DNA of 62,667 nucleotides, the filler included, from Sphacelaria rigidula (taxonomy: Eukaryota), in NCBI GenBank assembly GCA_964200075.2. It is 11 parts of 11 records of this genome, joined end to end, with 100 filler letters (N's around TTAATTAATTAA, not from the genome) between each part and the next. Parts side by side here need not be neighbours in the genome. Positions count along the whole stretch, not along the records: positions 22,827 to 28,432 come from CAXNAA020025925.1; positions 28,533 to 34,138 come from CAXNAA020025926.1; positions 34,239 to 39,844 come from CAXNAA020025927.1; 8 more parts are not named here. One strand, given 5' to 3'. A model generated the notes under the pieces. The model made no database searches and was not told where the DNA came from. It saw only the letters and a list, made by a program, of their open reading frames with translations. A program made the position numbers and the translations under genes. Below, in pieces: positions 23,961-36,689 of the stretch; within the stretch, counting starts at the first letter, position 1, and every line of letters starts with the position of its first letter.

Positions 23961-26784
23961 ATCGTCGGGTTGAGCGCGAACCTCTTGGGAGGTGTCGACT
24001 TTGCCTTACCAATGCTCATCGGTGACGCGTGCGATTCGTGCAATTTGTGTTGCGTTTTGTGCTTCATATCCCACTGTAGGAGCCCATGAACTCATTGTCA
24101 CGGCCAGTCATGCGCTCACCACATAAACCGGAAAATGGCTGAAACTTGAGCCTTGAGGGTACGCTCTGAAATGATTTGAAAAGCGAGGCTATAGACCCCT
24201 CTCTGTGAGCGGTCAGGTGACGTCTACAGCCTCCGAATGGGGAGGGCGTAGCCTCAACTCACGGACGTACCATCAAAACGATGCAGGTTTAAAATCGAGT
24301 GAAGACATATCAGAAAAACGGAAGAAAAGATGAGTTGTCTATGGTCGGGAAAAAATGTCGTCGAACAGCCCTGACACTTTTCGGAGACCAACACCCGGCG
24401 ATTCGCACCCCAAACAGTATAAAACGAGGTACCTCTTCGGTCAAGTGAGTACGAGCTAGGCCAGCCGGAAGAAGTGCATACCTCGGGCACACAAATACTT
24501 CTTCAGCTTCCTGAAACGACCCGATGTGAGCACATCGCTGCGAAACCAACGTGTTGATGCACGCTTTGCCACACACAAAAGAAATGAAAACAGTGTACGG
24601 CATAATGTATGACCTCGACAAACACGTGCGCTGCCGAGGGGGACAAGCTAGCAGGGCAAGAGCTCTCTTTTCTACCCTGCTGTCTGTGTTTTCTGCTGCG
24701 GCTAGAGCAACATGCGCTAAGTGGTTCAGAACAAGGCAGTCGCACCGCAGCATGAACACGAGTCGCGTACACCGCGCCAAGGTCGCACGTATTTGGCCAA
24801 CGCCGACAGTCTTGGGTGAAGTCCATTATACCCCATGCCGGTGTGGTTACAGCGTGACAGTACCGTATGTGCACCACAGCACACGGGGTTGGCAAGACGA
24901 GAGTCAGGTGCGAGCAAATATACACTGCAGAAGAACCCTGGTGATAAATACCACATCGCACATGTGCATACACGAGTCGGCACGTTATGGCGCTACACGA
25001 GAAAGCTTCAAACTCACGGATGTTTGATCGGTCGACGCTATACGGAAAGACAGGTATTTCGTGTGCGCGTGCACGGGCGGGTTCGGGTCCGCAGGCAGCG
25101 ACGACACATCTCATGAACTGAAAATGGTCCACCTACGCATGTACACACGCGGTGCCCACCTCGTGAACAAATGATGCAAATCACACACGAGGGAGGTTCA
25201 GCGGTTAGAACCAGAACTGTACGGACGACTCATTCGGCAATTTTGCTCCGTACTGCTTCAACAAGGCCGGAAACGTCGAAACAAACATGCTACTCAGCAC
25301 ACATCAATAACTAGGACATCAGCTCGATGTGCGGCGAAGGTCTCATCGGATGTGACTATAGTTTTTGCGCGGCCTCGCCAGAGGTTTCGTGGATTCTTCC
25401 AGGATGTTGCTGGAGCAAGCCGCCGCGGTGAGACGGCCATAACTCACACGAAGGGACATGAAGGAATCTCGCAATTCGCATCTCAGTCCACACGGCACCA
25501 TACAACACAGAAGCAACACACGGGGGGAATGGTTGATGCGTTGAAGCCGGCGAATATTGTCTGGAAAAGCTCAACAGCCTGTACGCTAGCGTTCAAATAT
25601 GACCTGTGGCCGGGCTTGTGGGGGGCAAGCCTTTCCTCTCATATTGAGATGGGGTGTGTCGGATTGTTGGCTTTCGAAGTTCACCTCGAGTACGTCTACC
25701 TTGTAGATGATGACTTCGCCCGGATCTCCCGGGCATTACTTCATGCGCAACGATCAATCAATCCGTCAGTCAGCTCATGTCTTAGAACTCAACAAGCCGC
25801 GCGCCTGCGGGGGAAAAAAATACGTGGGTGCGCGCACCGCGTGTTCTCCCGGCCTTTTCGGACTTCACATGGCTGGTAATGGTAACTTTGAGGCACCTCG
25901 ACCGGTAATACATCAAACACCGCTTACATTTAGGGGCAAAACCGTCGGCTATTCGCTTCTTATCACCATCCCAACGATTGCACACTCATTTGCCTGTAGT
26001 GACTGTGCTCCTCACATGCACTTCTATACTACCTGTGCTCTTGGTGGCAAAACCTGTGCACTACTGTCTGTAGCAATGCCCTGTGGCTGTCAAGTATCAT
26101 GTATGTTAACAAGATACAGGAGACATTTTCCACGATAGCCCCCGCCCCCCCCAAACCAGCCCACAAGTGTCGAGAAAACAATTATCATACAGCGCCTAAT
26201 GTTTGGGTTCATGCTGCATGAAGCGCCTCATATGGGCGACATCAGCGAGAACTCACCCAAGCGTGGGAATCTTCAGCTGCTCGTTGTGATCTTCTGTTTC
26301 TATTTCGAGTTACGTGAAGGTTTCCCCCCCCCCCAAACCCGGCCCTTTTTTGGGGGGGGGGGGGCTAATCGTAGAAAGTGTCAGAATAGTACGTCTACAC
26401 GGCTCTCAATACACATGCCGTGGTTGATGGGGCACTGCGGACTTGAAACATGTAATTTTCGATCACGCGTGCGTGTTGAGATGGTCTGTGAGTGTAGGCA
26501 TAACAACTTCGTCGCAGCTTGATACGGCACCTGGAAAACGCGACCAATACTCTCGAAGTCACCGAAACATTATTCCTTGAATCTCTATTTCTGTAGTGAT
26601 TTGGGGCACGGTATGTTGTCCATAATTTTACATGCACCAAAATTCGTAAGGTGGTACACTTGTGTACTACGCTTGAGTCATTTCATGTGCAAAGGTGCGC
26701 CTGGAATTCACGCGCCGTGCTTCTGCGCATCATGAAAGTTTGGCATTTTCCATCGGAGAACGAACATTCAGACCTGCGGTGGGG

Positions 26785-26849
26785 GGGGGGCGTACTCATT
26801 TGTTGCTTGCCTTAGTCGTTTGACCATTGACCACGCATCCCTTTCGAGA
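26785..26849 (-). mobile_element. Poly(C)-tailed retroposon-like element, subfamily 2, with perfect 16-bp TSD
   Basis: Flanked by CAGACCTGCGGTGGGG at 26769-26784 and 26850-26865. Confidence 0.85.
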
Positions 26850-27496
26850 CAGACCTGCGGTGGGGCGGAATACCAATTCCTCTCGTCTACCGTGTCCTTC
26901 ATTGGAGTGCGGAGCAACATGTGTGTACTACATACGACGGGAACGCGCCGGGAGGGGTGGGGAACGCTTCACTCTGAGAAGAAAAACGCTCCCTACACTG
27001 AAGAATATGAGTACAGCGCCTTCAATATCGGCGTTTATCCGAGAGCAGGGGTGCTGCTCCTTCGGAGTAAGACTGCAGAGCATGACCACTCCAGACTCCT
27101 AACCGATCGACGGGTCCTGTAACTGTTTCCATCGAGAACAAGCTGTGACGGAAGGGTCGCATGAGACGATATCCTCCAGAGTCCACTTGTAGTCTACTGT
27201 ATCAGGCATCCGGAAAGGAGATGTTACATGAAAATATAACAGTGCCGAGCTAAATACTAAAAGAAGTGAGAGCCATCAGTGGACGATTGGGGCTGGTCCG
27301 TGCAGCCGAGCGAATGCGTGGATGAATTTCATTGATAAAGCAGAGACAGAATGAGCACTCCGAGTGTCCTAGGTGGTGCATGCACAACTCCCGTTGCATA
27401 AATTGACAAGCAAGAATGGGCATGAATATTCAGTAAGACGAGATCGCTTGCGGGTGAAACGCGGATAACGATCCAGTAAGTTCTACACGCACGCAC

Positions 27497-28046
27497 GTAC
27501 TCCAGCGTATCGTTCTTCTCCCCACCTTTCGTTCCATCTCGCCCTGTGCATCGATCACGTAAAGCGTCACGAACGGTGCCACTTCCATCTGTACGTATAT
27601 TCAGGGCAGTGTCGGTGCAAAGCGTTGGCGATACGGTCAGAGCCACGCCCAGAATGAGGGGGGTCACGGGTAGAGTTGATGTTGAGGCGTCGGTTTGGAG
27701 CTTGGCGGTAGGGTTCGAGGGCTACGTTGACGTGCACACACGCGAGTACACGCATCATGGCACCGTTCCACAAAGGGAAAGTTTTCGAACACATCTGGCG
27801 TTGCAGATGGAAACAGTGCACGTGGTTCGAAAGGCTTCAATGCCTTCGCGTTCGAGATATCGCTCGAGTTGCTGCTGGTGCTGCTACTGCTGCTGCTGCC
27901 ACAACTTTCGAAATGCACCGTTGAAAATGACATGACACATTCACAACGACTACCATGTGGCACGTGTGCTGCACAGTCGACAGAAAAGACGTGCTCCAAC
28001 GTGTCCTTCGCCGACCAGCTATCTCGTCCAGCCGACGCTGCGCGAC
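27497..28046 (-). CDS. Possible two internal exons of an unknown gene (28046-27954, 27721-27497)
   Basis: AG/GT-bounded, phase-0, open: VAQRRLDEIAGRRRTRWSTSFLSTVQHTCHM|PSNPTAKLQTDAST...GEKNDTLEY. No recognisable domain. Confidence 0.3.
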
Positions 28047-29552
28047 CTAGATTCTCGCCTCTCCTCTCACAGCGTCAATAAATCATCGAAACGTTTCACA
28101 AACCTTCCAACACCAAGTTCAGAAGCACAGAATCCCACCGACCAAGAAAACGTAACAACAAATTGGAGCGTGGTGCGTATCCACATTGGCCCAGGAAAAC
28201 GTTAGGGTGAAGCTCACTCATCAACGATAACTTACGCACACATAAACATGATACGTATCCCTTCCCACACGCCCCGAGTAAATTGATACAAAGAACGCGT
28301 CAAGAGTCATCCTACGACAGGGGGGGGGGGTATTTTGGGTCATTTGTTGCTCGAAATTTCGAGTCAGATCGCCGCTGAAAGTAGCAACGGTTTTTCGAAC
28401 AAGCTTCTTGTGGATCAATAACGCTCATCCATNNNNNNNNNNNNNNNNNNNNNNNNNNNNNNNNNNNNNNNNNNNNTTAATTAATTAANNNNNNNNNNNN
28501 NNNNNNNNNNNNNNNNNNNNNNNNNNNNNNNNTCTAAAGGGATTTGTGGTCGATTTTACAATTGCTAATGCAAGACATAATTTAGCTAGGCCTTCCCCCC
28601 CCAACTCCACCCCTGAACATTAACTTTATGAAGGTTTCAAGGGTTGGAGGAATACTGATTGATTTGAAAAATGCTCTCGTACGGTGTAACTGACTCGTAA
28701 CGCATTTTTCTGCTCCTTCGTTTTCTTGAACGAGTGTTTCAGTTTTGCTTTTGTTGGGTACGTCTGTCATGCGACCACGGCTGGACCCATGGGTGGTCAG
28801 TTCAAGTGCATCAATCAATCATATCAACCAACGCATACAAATATCAATATTTCGGCTTTTGTCGAGCGTTGCATCCCAGGCACGTAAAATAGCGCAAAAC
28901 TGGCATGAAAACTTTTCTTTACCCGCGGTCTATTTTTACCTTTTTCGAGCAATCAGACCCTCGGAAAACAGAGATGTGTTGCTTCGAACGAGCGATAAGT
29001 CGTCCGACCTTTGGAAGACCCGGGTCGTTTGATATTGTGTTGACAGTGTACGTTGTATACGACCCCCTACTGAATGCTACTCCTGTTAAGTTGTTCTGAG
29101 CATCACCCCAGGGTTATACCGTAAGGATGTGCGTCATGGCACACGGGTGGGGATGGATCCCTCCATCCTATATGTCAACAACGGGGAGGATCCATTTGGA
29201 AGATATCCCCGACGCCGTTACAAGAAATGATAAATCAACTTCCTCACTCTCCTCATTGTCGAGATGTCAAGCGGCAAAATAGGTGACACCTCTGCGCGAT
29301 TGCGCGCTTTTTTACCGTACCCTTGAACATTTGGTGATGACATACATTTCGTCCGTTCGCATGCGTTGCAACATCCACTTATACTCGTCAGTGAAAAAAA
29401 ATCGACAAGAGTAGACAATCACACATGCTTACTCGCGCAAGCGATTGTACTGTGCTTGTATTTGCGCTTTGCGCCTCACGCAGTGAGGGAACCTAAAACG
29501 AACCACCACCCACCCACGACAAATCCTTGCTGTACTCTTGTGATACATGCAG

Positions 29553-31951
29553 GGCTTCGACAAGAGGGGCTTCGTCTGGTACACCAACTTCGAGAGCCGG
29601 AAGTCGCAGGAGATGTCTCACAATCCGTACGGAGCGTTGTCGTTCTGGTGGAGCGAAGTGCAACGGGCTGTCCGCATCGAGGGGGTCGTGTGTAAGGTGC
29701 GATCCATTCACACGTGATGGGGTATCATGGGATGCGGGGTATGTGCATATAAGCCACCGCGCTGAGGAACCCAGCCTTGATGTTTTGGACCGGTGCGGCG
29801 ACCGCGGGACCTGATGTTGTATTCTTGGCTATATATTTTTTGTTCGAGATCTTACGGTGAAAAATATCTGATAATGGTTGGGACCCTTGTCTGCAGGGAG
29901 AAAAGTAGGTATTTCTGATCGCCCGGGGTGATGTAAACTCTGGATAATGACGTATCATATGCGACAGCAACGCAAGGCCCGGAAACGGCCAGTTGATGCC
30001 CCGAGTATTATTCATACGTTCTGCACTTTTCATGGGTTTTCGCACATGGCATTCGCGGTTGGGCGTGCGATCTTAGCTTTGCCTCGAGGACACCCCACCT
30101 TCGAGAGTACGTCCAACGTTCTGCCTGGGGCCATATTTCACGAAAAGGCCTGGCCAGAGTGGATGTGCGTGTCGAAATACGCTCGAAGCAATGTAATATT
30201 ATGGCGATACTTCCGTTTGTGTTCGAGGAGAAGAGTGCGTACGTTGTTTCTTGGGGACCAATATCGGAGTATCTTGTGTTTTGAGGCATTTAGCAATGGG
30301 TAACACCGAAGCGTATGTAACCAGGGAGATATACCTTCCACACTGGAGGTAGCTGAGCCTATTCCACGGGCTTCACAAATGCCCGCGAACGTGCTCAAGT
30401 CATGGGATTCAGGCTGGGTGATACGATGGAAGTTGATGGGCTTTTTGTGTGTGGATCCATTGCCCAATGACAGTCTACATGGTGGGTACCGTGATGGAGA
30501 TGGATTATCCGATTCCCTCGGACCGTAGACTCGTCCTGAAGGAAAGAGGGATGACAACCTTTTCGAAGGGAACTGGGAAAAGCTCCAAGGGCGTGTTCAG
30601 TAGCGTGTTTCCTAGATTCGGGTGTTTTGTACAATCGTACTCTAAGCACCGCAAGACCTAGGTAGAGCATTGAGATGAGACCATGGCAACACAAAGTTCG
30701 GGAGAGTAGATACACGGGTATTTACCCCAACCAATACACCTCTGGAAAGTCTGTCCCCTCAGCCCCTCCTTCCTTCACCCTCTCCTAAAGATCTCGCCTA
30801 ATGCACATGGATGTCACTCCGGTGTCCCATCTGTGATTCACACGGTGCAAAACGAAGGAAACGGCGTTCACCTAATTTCTATATTTGGATATGTTTATTT
30901 TTTGTGGAATTCTCGCACCGCGGTTCAGGTATCGGAAAAGGAGAGCACGGAGTACTTCCAAAGCCGACCGCGTGGGAGCCAAGTGGGGGCTTGGGCGCTA
31001 CACCAAAGTCGTCCGGTCGAGAGTCGGGGCTCGCTCGAGACCAACGTTAAAGACGTACAGGTACATGAATGACATGGAATGATCCTGTGCTTTCAATTTA
31101 TTCGTTTTTCCTGTACGCAAAGAGAGATTACTGCGAGTGAAGGTTGTCGTTGACGTACTGCAAGGCTCACCGCTTCTCTCTCGTTAAGATAGAGAAATTG
31201 GCTCTCGTAATCATAGTAAACCGGGGGTGGATTCGCCATCCATTTCTTGTGTCCTTATATTCATGATGTTGGGTCATTTGTTTGATCGGGGTAGCCAATA
31301 TTAAAGTCTGCACGTACCTTGGGTCCGCGGTGAAGCTCCACCTGAGGCCCATTTTCACGCGATTGGACTTCTCTTGCGGCGCAATCAGATGGCTTTCCAC
31401 TGAATAGTGAGACTTTGTAGTGGGACGTACGGAAATAGGATGGTACTGGCAGTACTTTCAATACTGAGTCCTATTTTCCAGTACCAGTACCAGTAGTACT
31501 GCCGGTGTGCACTGGTCGAGTTCCCAGCCCCCACCATTCGACGCGTAAACCACATTCTGTTGGAAGCAGAACCGGGTGGTGTTCCATGAGGATTCCCTCT
31601 GACAGAGACTTTCTGGTGTTTTTGTTTTCTCATGTTTTTATTCATCATTGTGCGCTTATTCTGCGCCCACCCTAGCTGTTTAACGTGTCCTCAGTCTCGC
31701 ATTTTTTCACAATATGTCCTTCGTGCCCTGTTGCATATTGCTTCTTGTCGATGCCCCGCGGGGGTAAATGGTTCCGAAAACAGAACAAGTTCAGCTCCAT
31801 GAGGGATGTGCCGCGTCCGCCCCACTTCGGAGGATTCCGCCTGCGACCGGATAGGATCGAGTTCTGGAAGGGTCGGCAGACCCGGATCCATGATCGGATC
31901 GTCTACGTGATCATGGACGATAAGTGGATCATGCAGCGGCTTCAACCGTAG
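29553..31951 (+). CDS. PNPO: Pyridoxamine/pyridoxine 5'-phosphate oxidase, 3' part (exons 29553-29696, 30929-31060, 31784-31951)
   Basis: In-frame splice to [21 protein letters not shown]...[14 protein letters not shown]...[16 protein letters not shown]...[29 protein letters not shown]...RLQP*. These are canonical PdxH motifs. Confidence 0.95.
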
Positions 31952-33632
31952 TTTGCAGCCAACAAAGGTGTAAGATATCTGCTTTGTGGTTTCTTTTTGT
32001 GTGTGTACTGTGTATTGAGATAGGTTGGGTTGGCTGGTAGTTGCAGGTCCTTTAACTAGGTAAAATGGTTTTTGTCAATGTTGCGGAGTGTTTCATGTAT
32101 GTACACGGGTATTTTGTCCGTTCTCACGTGTGTTTGTCGTGTTTGAAAGATGAGGAGACGCGTTATTTGTTTTGTTTTTCTTTCAGCGGTTTCGTTCTGC
32201 CTCGCGTCGTGGCGACTGCTCCAAGGGTGTAGCGACCGAGAACTGCGGCGAGAAGCCTCCGGTGTCGATCTTCCATCGCAACCTGTATATCTCGCGTCGA
32301 TATTCTCTTTGGCCTTTGCTCTTAGGGGGTCTTGTAGTAAAGGGGGGGGGGGGGGGGGGGGTTTTTGTTTTTTTCACCACCACCNNNNNNNNNNTCTTCG
32401 CTTTCTCGGGGGTTTGTGGTTGTTGGTGGTGTGTGTGTGGGGGGGTGGGGGGGGGGTGGGGGGGGGGGGGGGGGTTATTAGTTCATTTACACGACATCCG
32501 TACGCCGTGTAGTGTCCCGGGAAAATAGTCTGCGCGTTGACTTGTCTACCGTTGGTGGTATATGACTATATGACTCCATCCTAGTGCGCCGTGTGAACTC
32601 AAGCGCTATTTTTTTCGCCGTATACATCAGTGCGCTTCCGTTGAGGCTTCATTGGTTCCGTTGCAAAGCGTTCACCGCAGATTTTGTCTAGCGTGCTTGC
32701 GGTCGAAACGGGTAATACGCAGCAGCAGGGTTCACGGCGCTTTAAAGTGGTCAATGTAAAACCCCCTGGTCGCGTGTTATCATGTTCACGATTGCGACGT
32801 GCTCGTCTTTTTCTTGTTTCTTAGATGCGAATTGAAGGATGAATCGAATAATCGTTCGTACGAGTAGAGGATCTTGAATATCATGACCGTGATCAAAATC
32901 GACGATACGCTGGGCCTGCGAAGAACGGTAGGGTTTTTTCATTGGCGCTATTTTGTTGTGTACAGGGAAGGGGTGATGCAAACGGAAGTGAGGGAATGTT
33001 GGAGGACATTTTCTTTTACTTGTTTTTTTTTCATATTTGTTTTCGGCTCACCATCGCACGTAATACTCGGTGTGACTTGTGTCTGATCGCGATGTTTTGA
33101 GACTGCAGCTCGCCGGTCGAGGCCACAGTTGCATAAAAATGCGTAGTATAGCTTTTCATGCGGGGCATGCACTCAGCCAAAAAACGGTCACTGGGTGTGT
33201 CGGGGGGGGTGGGGGTGTTGCTGGGGCTTCTGATAGATGGCGTTTAGCAAGTAGGGAAATAACTGCTTCGATGTTGCCTTGATGATTGAGGGAGGGTGTA
33301 AGCTACGTACTTGCACCTTGTGTTTTTTTTTCGTACCATGATGATCTCGAGGGTGCTACACTTGTTCATTAAATCACGTCCGCCACCAAGATGACTCATT
33401 TTTTGGTAGTGAAAATGTTAGCCTTCACGTCCCCCTGTCGTGTCTCCTCGGCATGTTTACTCGTTCGAGATGAAGATATCTTGTTTCAAGTGGGAATACG
33501 TCAACAGATTCGTCAGGTGAACCTACACGTTCTTGTCTCTCTGATTTTACAGGGAATCCGAAGCACCCAGTGGTTACAATTGCTGATTCTACAAAAGATG
33601 GAACATCCCTCAGTCCCCCTCCCCCCCAGAAG

Positions 33633-33711
33633 CCCTGGCGTGCTCGGTCCCGGCCTTGTAGGCATGCAAGATCAAGAGTCTTATGACTGTGGCATGCATG
33701 ATCATGAGTTC

Positions 33712-33750
<39 letters not shown>
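33633..33750 (+). mobile_element. Poly(C)-tailed retroposon-like element, subfamily 1 (5'-truncated, ~38-nt C tail)
   Basis: GGCGTGCTCGGTCCCGGC...GTCTTATGAC...CATGAGTTCA-C(n), with CCCCTCCCCC-like sequence on both flanks (possible TSD). Confidence 0.7.
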
Positions 33751-35689
33751 TTCTCCCCTCCCCCAAAATAAACCTATGTTGTGACTCTGGCCCTCCCTCT
33801 GGCCACCCTNNNNNNNNNNCTCCTCGCGTTCCGCAAACCCGAGAGACTTCATACTATCGCAAACAAGAGCAACGCGCACCCCCCCCCCCCCCCCCCCCCA
33901 GGCGATACTTGTCGTCTTCACATGAAAAACTATTCCGATATCTGCGCGGTACATCCGTACTGGGCATCTGATGCAAACGTCTTCCGTGGTCACGGGCTAG
34001 CGACCTATTATAACAGTGTTTTCGTGAGATTGAGAGTAGATACGATATAGAGTGGCTTTGATCATTCGCTTTAAGTAGGTCATTTTTTTATTCCACGTAT
34101 GCTTTTCTTTACGTCCATCACTTGCGTGTGCTTACAGCNNNNNNNNNNNNNNNNNNNNNNNNNNNNNNNNNNNNNNNNNNNNTTAATTAATTAANNNNNN
34201 NNNNNNNNNNNNNNNNNNNNNNNNNNNNNNNNNNNNNNCCCCGTGAAGAGTTCATCGCTGCTGGCGATGCTGTGCAGTGTGTTTACGCACAGACACTACC
34301 CTTCACATGTAGCTGCGGGCCCAAGGTACTGGCGGAAAAAATAAGTAATTAGGTTGGACGGGGAATCGAACCGTCGACTTCATCGTTATACAGTCAACCG
34401 GTTACACACGGAGCTACGTGTGGTAGTCGTTGTGGATGACGTATTTTCTTTGTACTTCTGGATTTTGGGGCCCTCGAAGGTCCGTGTCAATAACACTGAA
34501 ACCCCCCGAATTGTTTTGAGAGGCACAAGTGTATTGGAAATCTGGAATTTGGACAGCCTCCGCTGTTCGAAATAAATTCTAATTCCAAACTTGGAATAGG
34601 GGGAAAATGATTCATTTTGAATAGTTTAAGTTGTACAGATAGTCCCATATACACTATATATGGCAGATGGAGTTTGTACACCGCCAAGAATACCTGAAAT
34701 TGGGTGGAGAAAGAACTTGCTCGCGAGCAGCTTCAGCTGTTCAAGTCCCACATACTGCACGCAAGCCTTTGTTGCAGCTGACGGCATGATAACGGATCCC
34801 AATTTACCTCGGTCATCGATTCATATACCTGATGAAAACGCCATAGTCCCGTGTCGACGAAACTAAAACAATATACAGGGAATAATGAAACATATCATCG
34901 CGCGGTTGATGCTGCGTACTCGAGATATATATTCACAACAAAAAACTGTACTGGACTGTACAACACCACTGCATGCGGGACAGTGCGCTATATCGCCGTG
35001 CTTATACGTGCAGCGCCATATACTGCAGATGGCTGGCTATGTATACAATGTAGTCGCCTGCAGCATATTTTGATATATGGGGGTGTTATATACCGTCACC
35101 AACTCCAGTTTTTCACGCGCGTTCCACAGCATATTTGCGTACAGCTGCTGCAGCACAGTAAGTAGGGCGTGAAAGGGAAAGGGGAACGTACAGTACAGAT
35201 AGCGCAGGACAATGTATTGTATGTTCTCTACTTACAGTGCGACGTGAAAAGGACTTGAACAACGTGCAGCATATCGTACGCGGCCTGTATGCTGCACTAT
35301 GTTATATCGCGGTGCGTCCGCAGCATGCATATGCTGAGTGTGTATATGCATAATATAGGCGGCCGGTTGATTGTTCCTCGCATCCGCCTGTACGCACCCC
35401 GCGTATGTCGTCGCCGCGCGATGTCGCGACCATGAAAGAAGGTGCTCCAGTTTCTACCAACGAGAAATACATCATATCCACCCGCACGGCAGTGTGTATG
35501 TGTCTGTATCCCTGTGCCCAACCTGTGCTCTTTGCTGCAGGGTTGTGTTGGTATAGCTGGGCGGAATAATACTGTTGTGCGGGTGGGTGTTCATTGGTGT
35601 TCGATTTGTGTGCGGTGATATATACGAAGTATAGATATCTTGGGGTAACGGTCTACATACCATTAATATTCGATTGGTTAAGTGACATT

Positions 35690-36650
35690 TTCTAAACATG
35701 GTTGGTAGACGATGGAATACGGGGTTTTGTGAAGTATGTGGATACATGAGCGAGGTATACCCTATCGTCCCGCACCCTTCGACGCCTTCCCAGGGGTTTC
35801 AGATGAAGCACAGGTGTGGACATACACACGTATCCAACGTGTGGGATCTCTATGCAGCGAAAGCTGTTGAGAGTTATTAATCCTTTAGCCCATGTACACA
35901 TGGACTGGGATGCAAAAGGGTGAATACCTTTCAACAACTTTTTCTGCGTGTCGGACCCCATGCGATGGTAACGATGGAGTATGCGGGATTTGCCCAGAAG
36001 CTGATGCTGCTCGCAATAAAGCTCTTTTCCCCCACTTTCCGGATGAATGGGAAGGCTTAGTAAAGATTTCTTTCGAGCTTCTTCTGCTGTTCAACTTCCA
36101 AATCTGCTACTGTACATGGGATTTGCGCAGCAGAGGAAGCTGTTCGAAATAGATCCTTTTTTCGCTCATTTCAAAAATGGGCGAAAAAAGGATCGATCTT
36201 GAACAGCTTCTTCTGCTGTTCAAAGTATATCATTCTTTTTTGCCGAAATAAATTAGGCGAGAAAAGGATCTGTTGTGAATAGCTTGTCGTGCTGTCAAAA
36301 ATAGAATCCTTCTTGCTCGATTCAAATCGGTTGAAGAGGAATTTACGTCGGACAGGAGGATGAGCTATTGAAAATATATAAATTTACAGATTTTGTACCA
36401 AAATATTTCGAATTTTCGGCGAAAAAAACCCGTCAGGGTTGTTTACCAAAACACTAACATATGACTGTGCAGGGCTTTGCCGACAAGCCTACACAGGGCT
36501 GTAAACCCAACCCTGGGGAAAACCCTATCAAAACGGTACGAGAGGTACAGGTTTGGATTTTTACTGCCAGGGTTTTTTCGCAAAGACTGTGGAGGACCCT
36601 GTACGGACTCTGCACAGTGCGCCCCACAGGGTGCTTTCTGTCCACGGGTG
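35690..36650 (+). mobile_element. Non-autonomous CAC...GTG DNA transposon family, partial copy (others at 46590-47467 and 60098-61435)
   Basis: About 900 bp of similarity to 46590-47467 and to the reverse complement of 60098-60950. Ends CTGTCCACGGGTG. Confidence 0.75.
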
Positions 36651-36689
36651 ACGCTGCGGTCGCAAACAAGAAGCAGCGCCTCCCACTGA

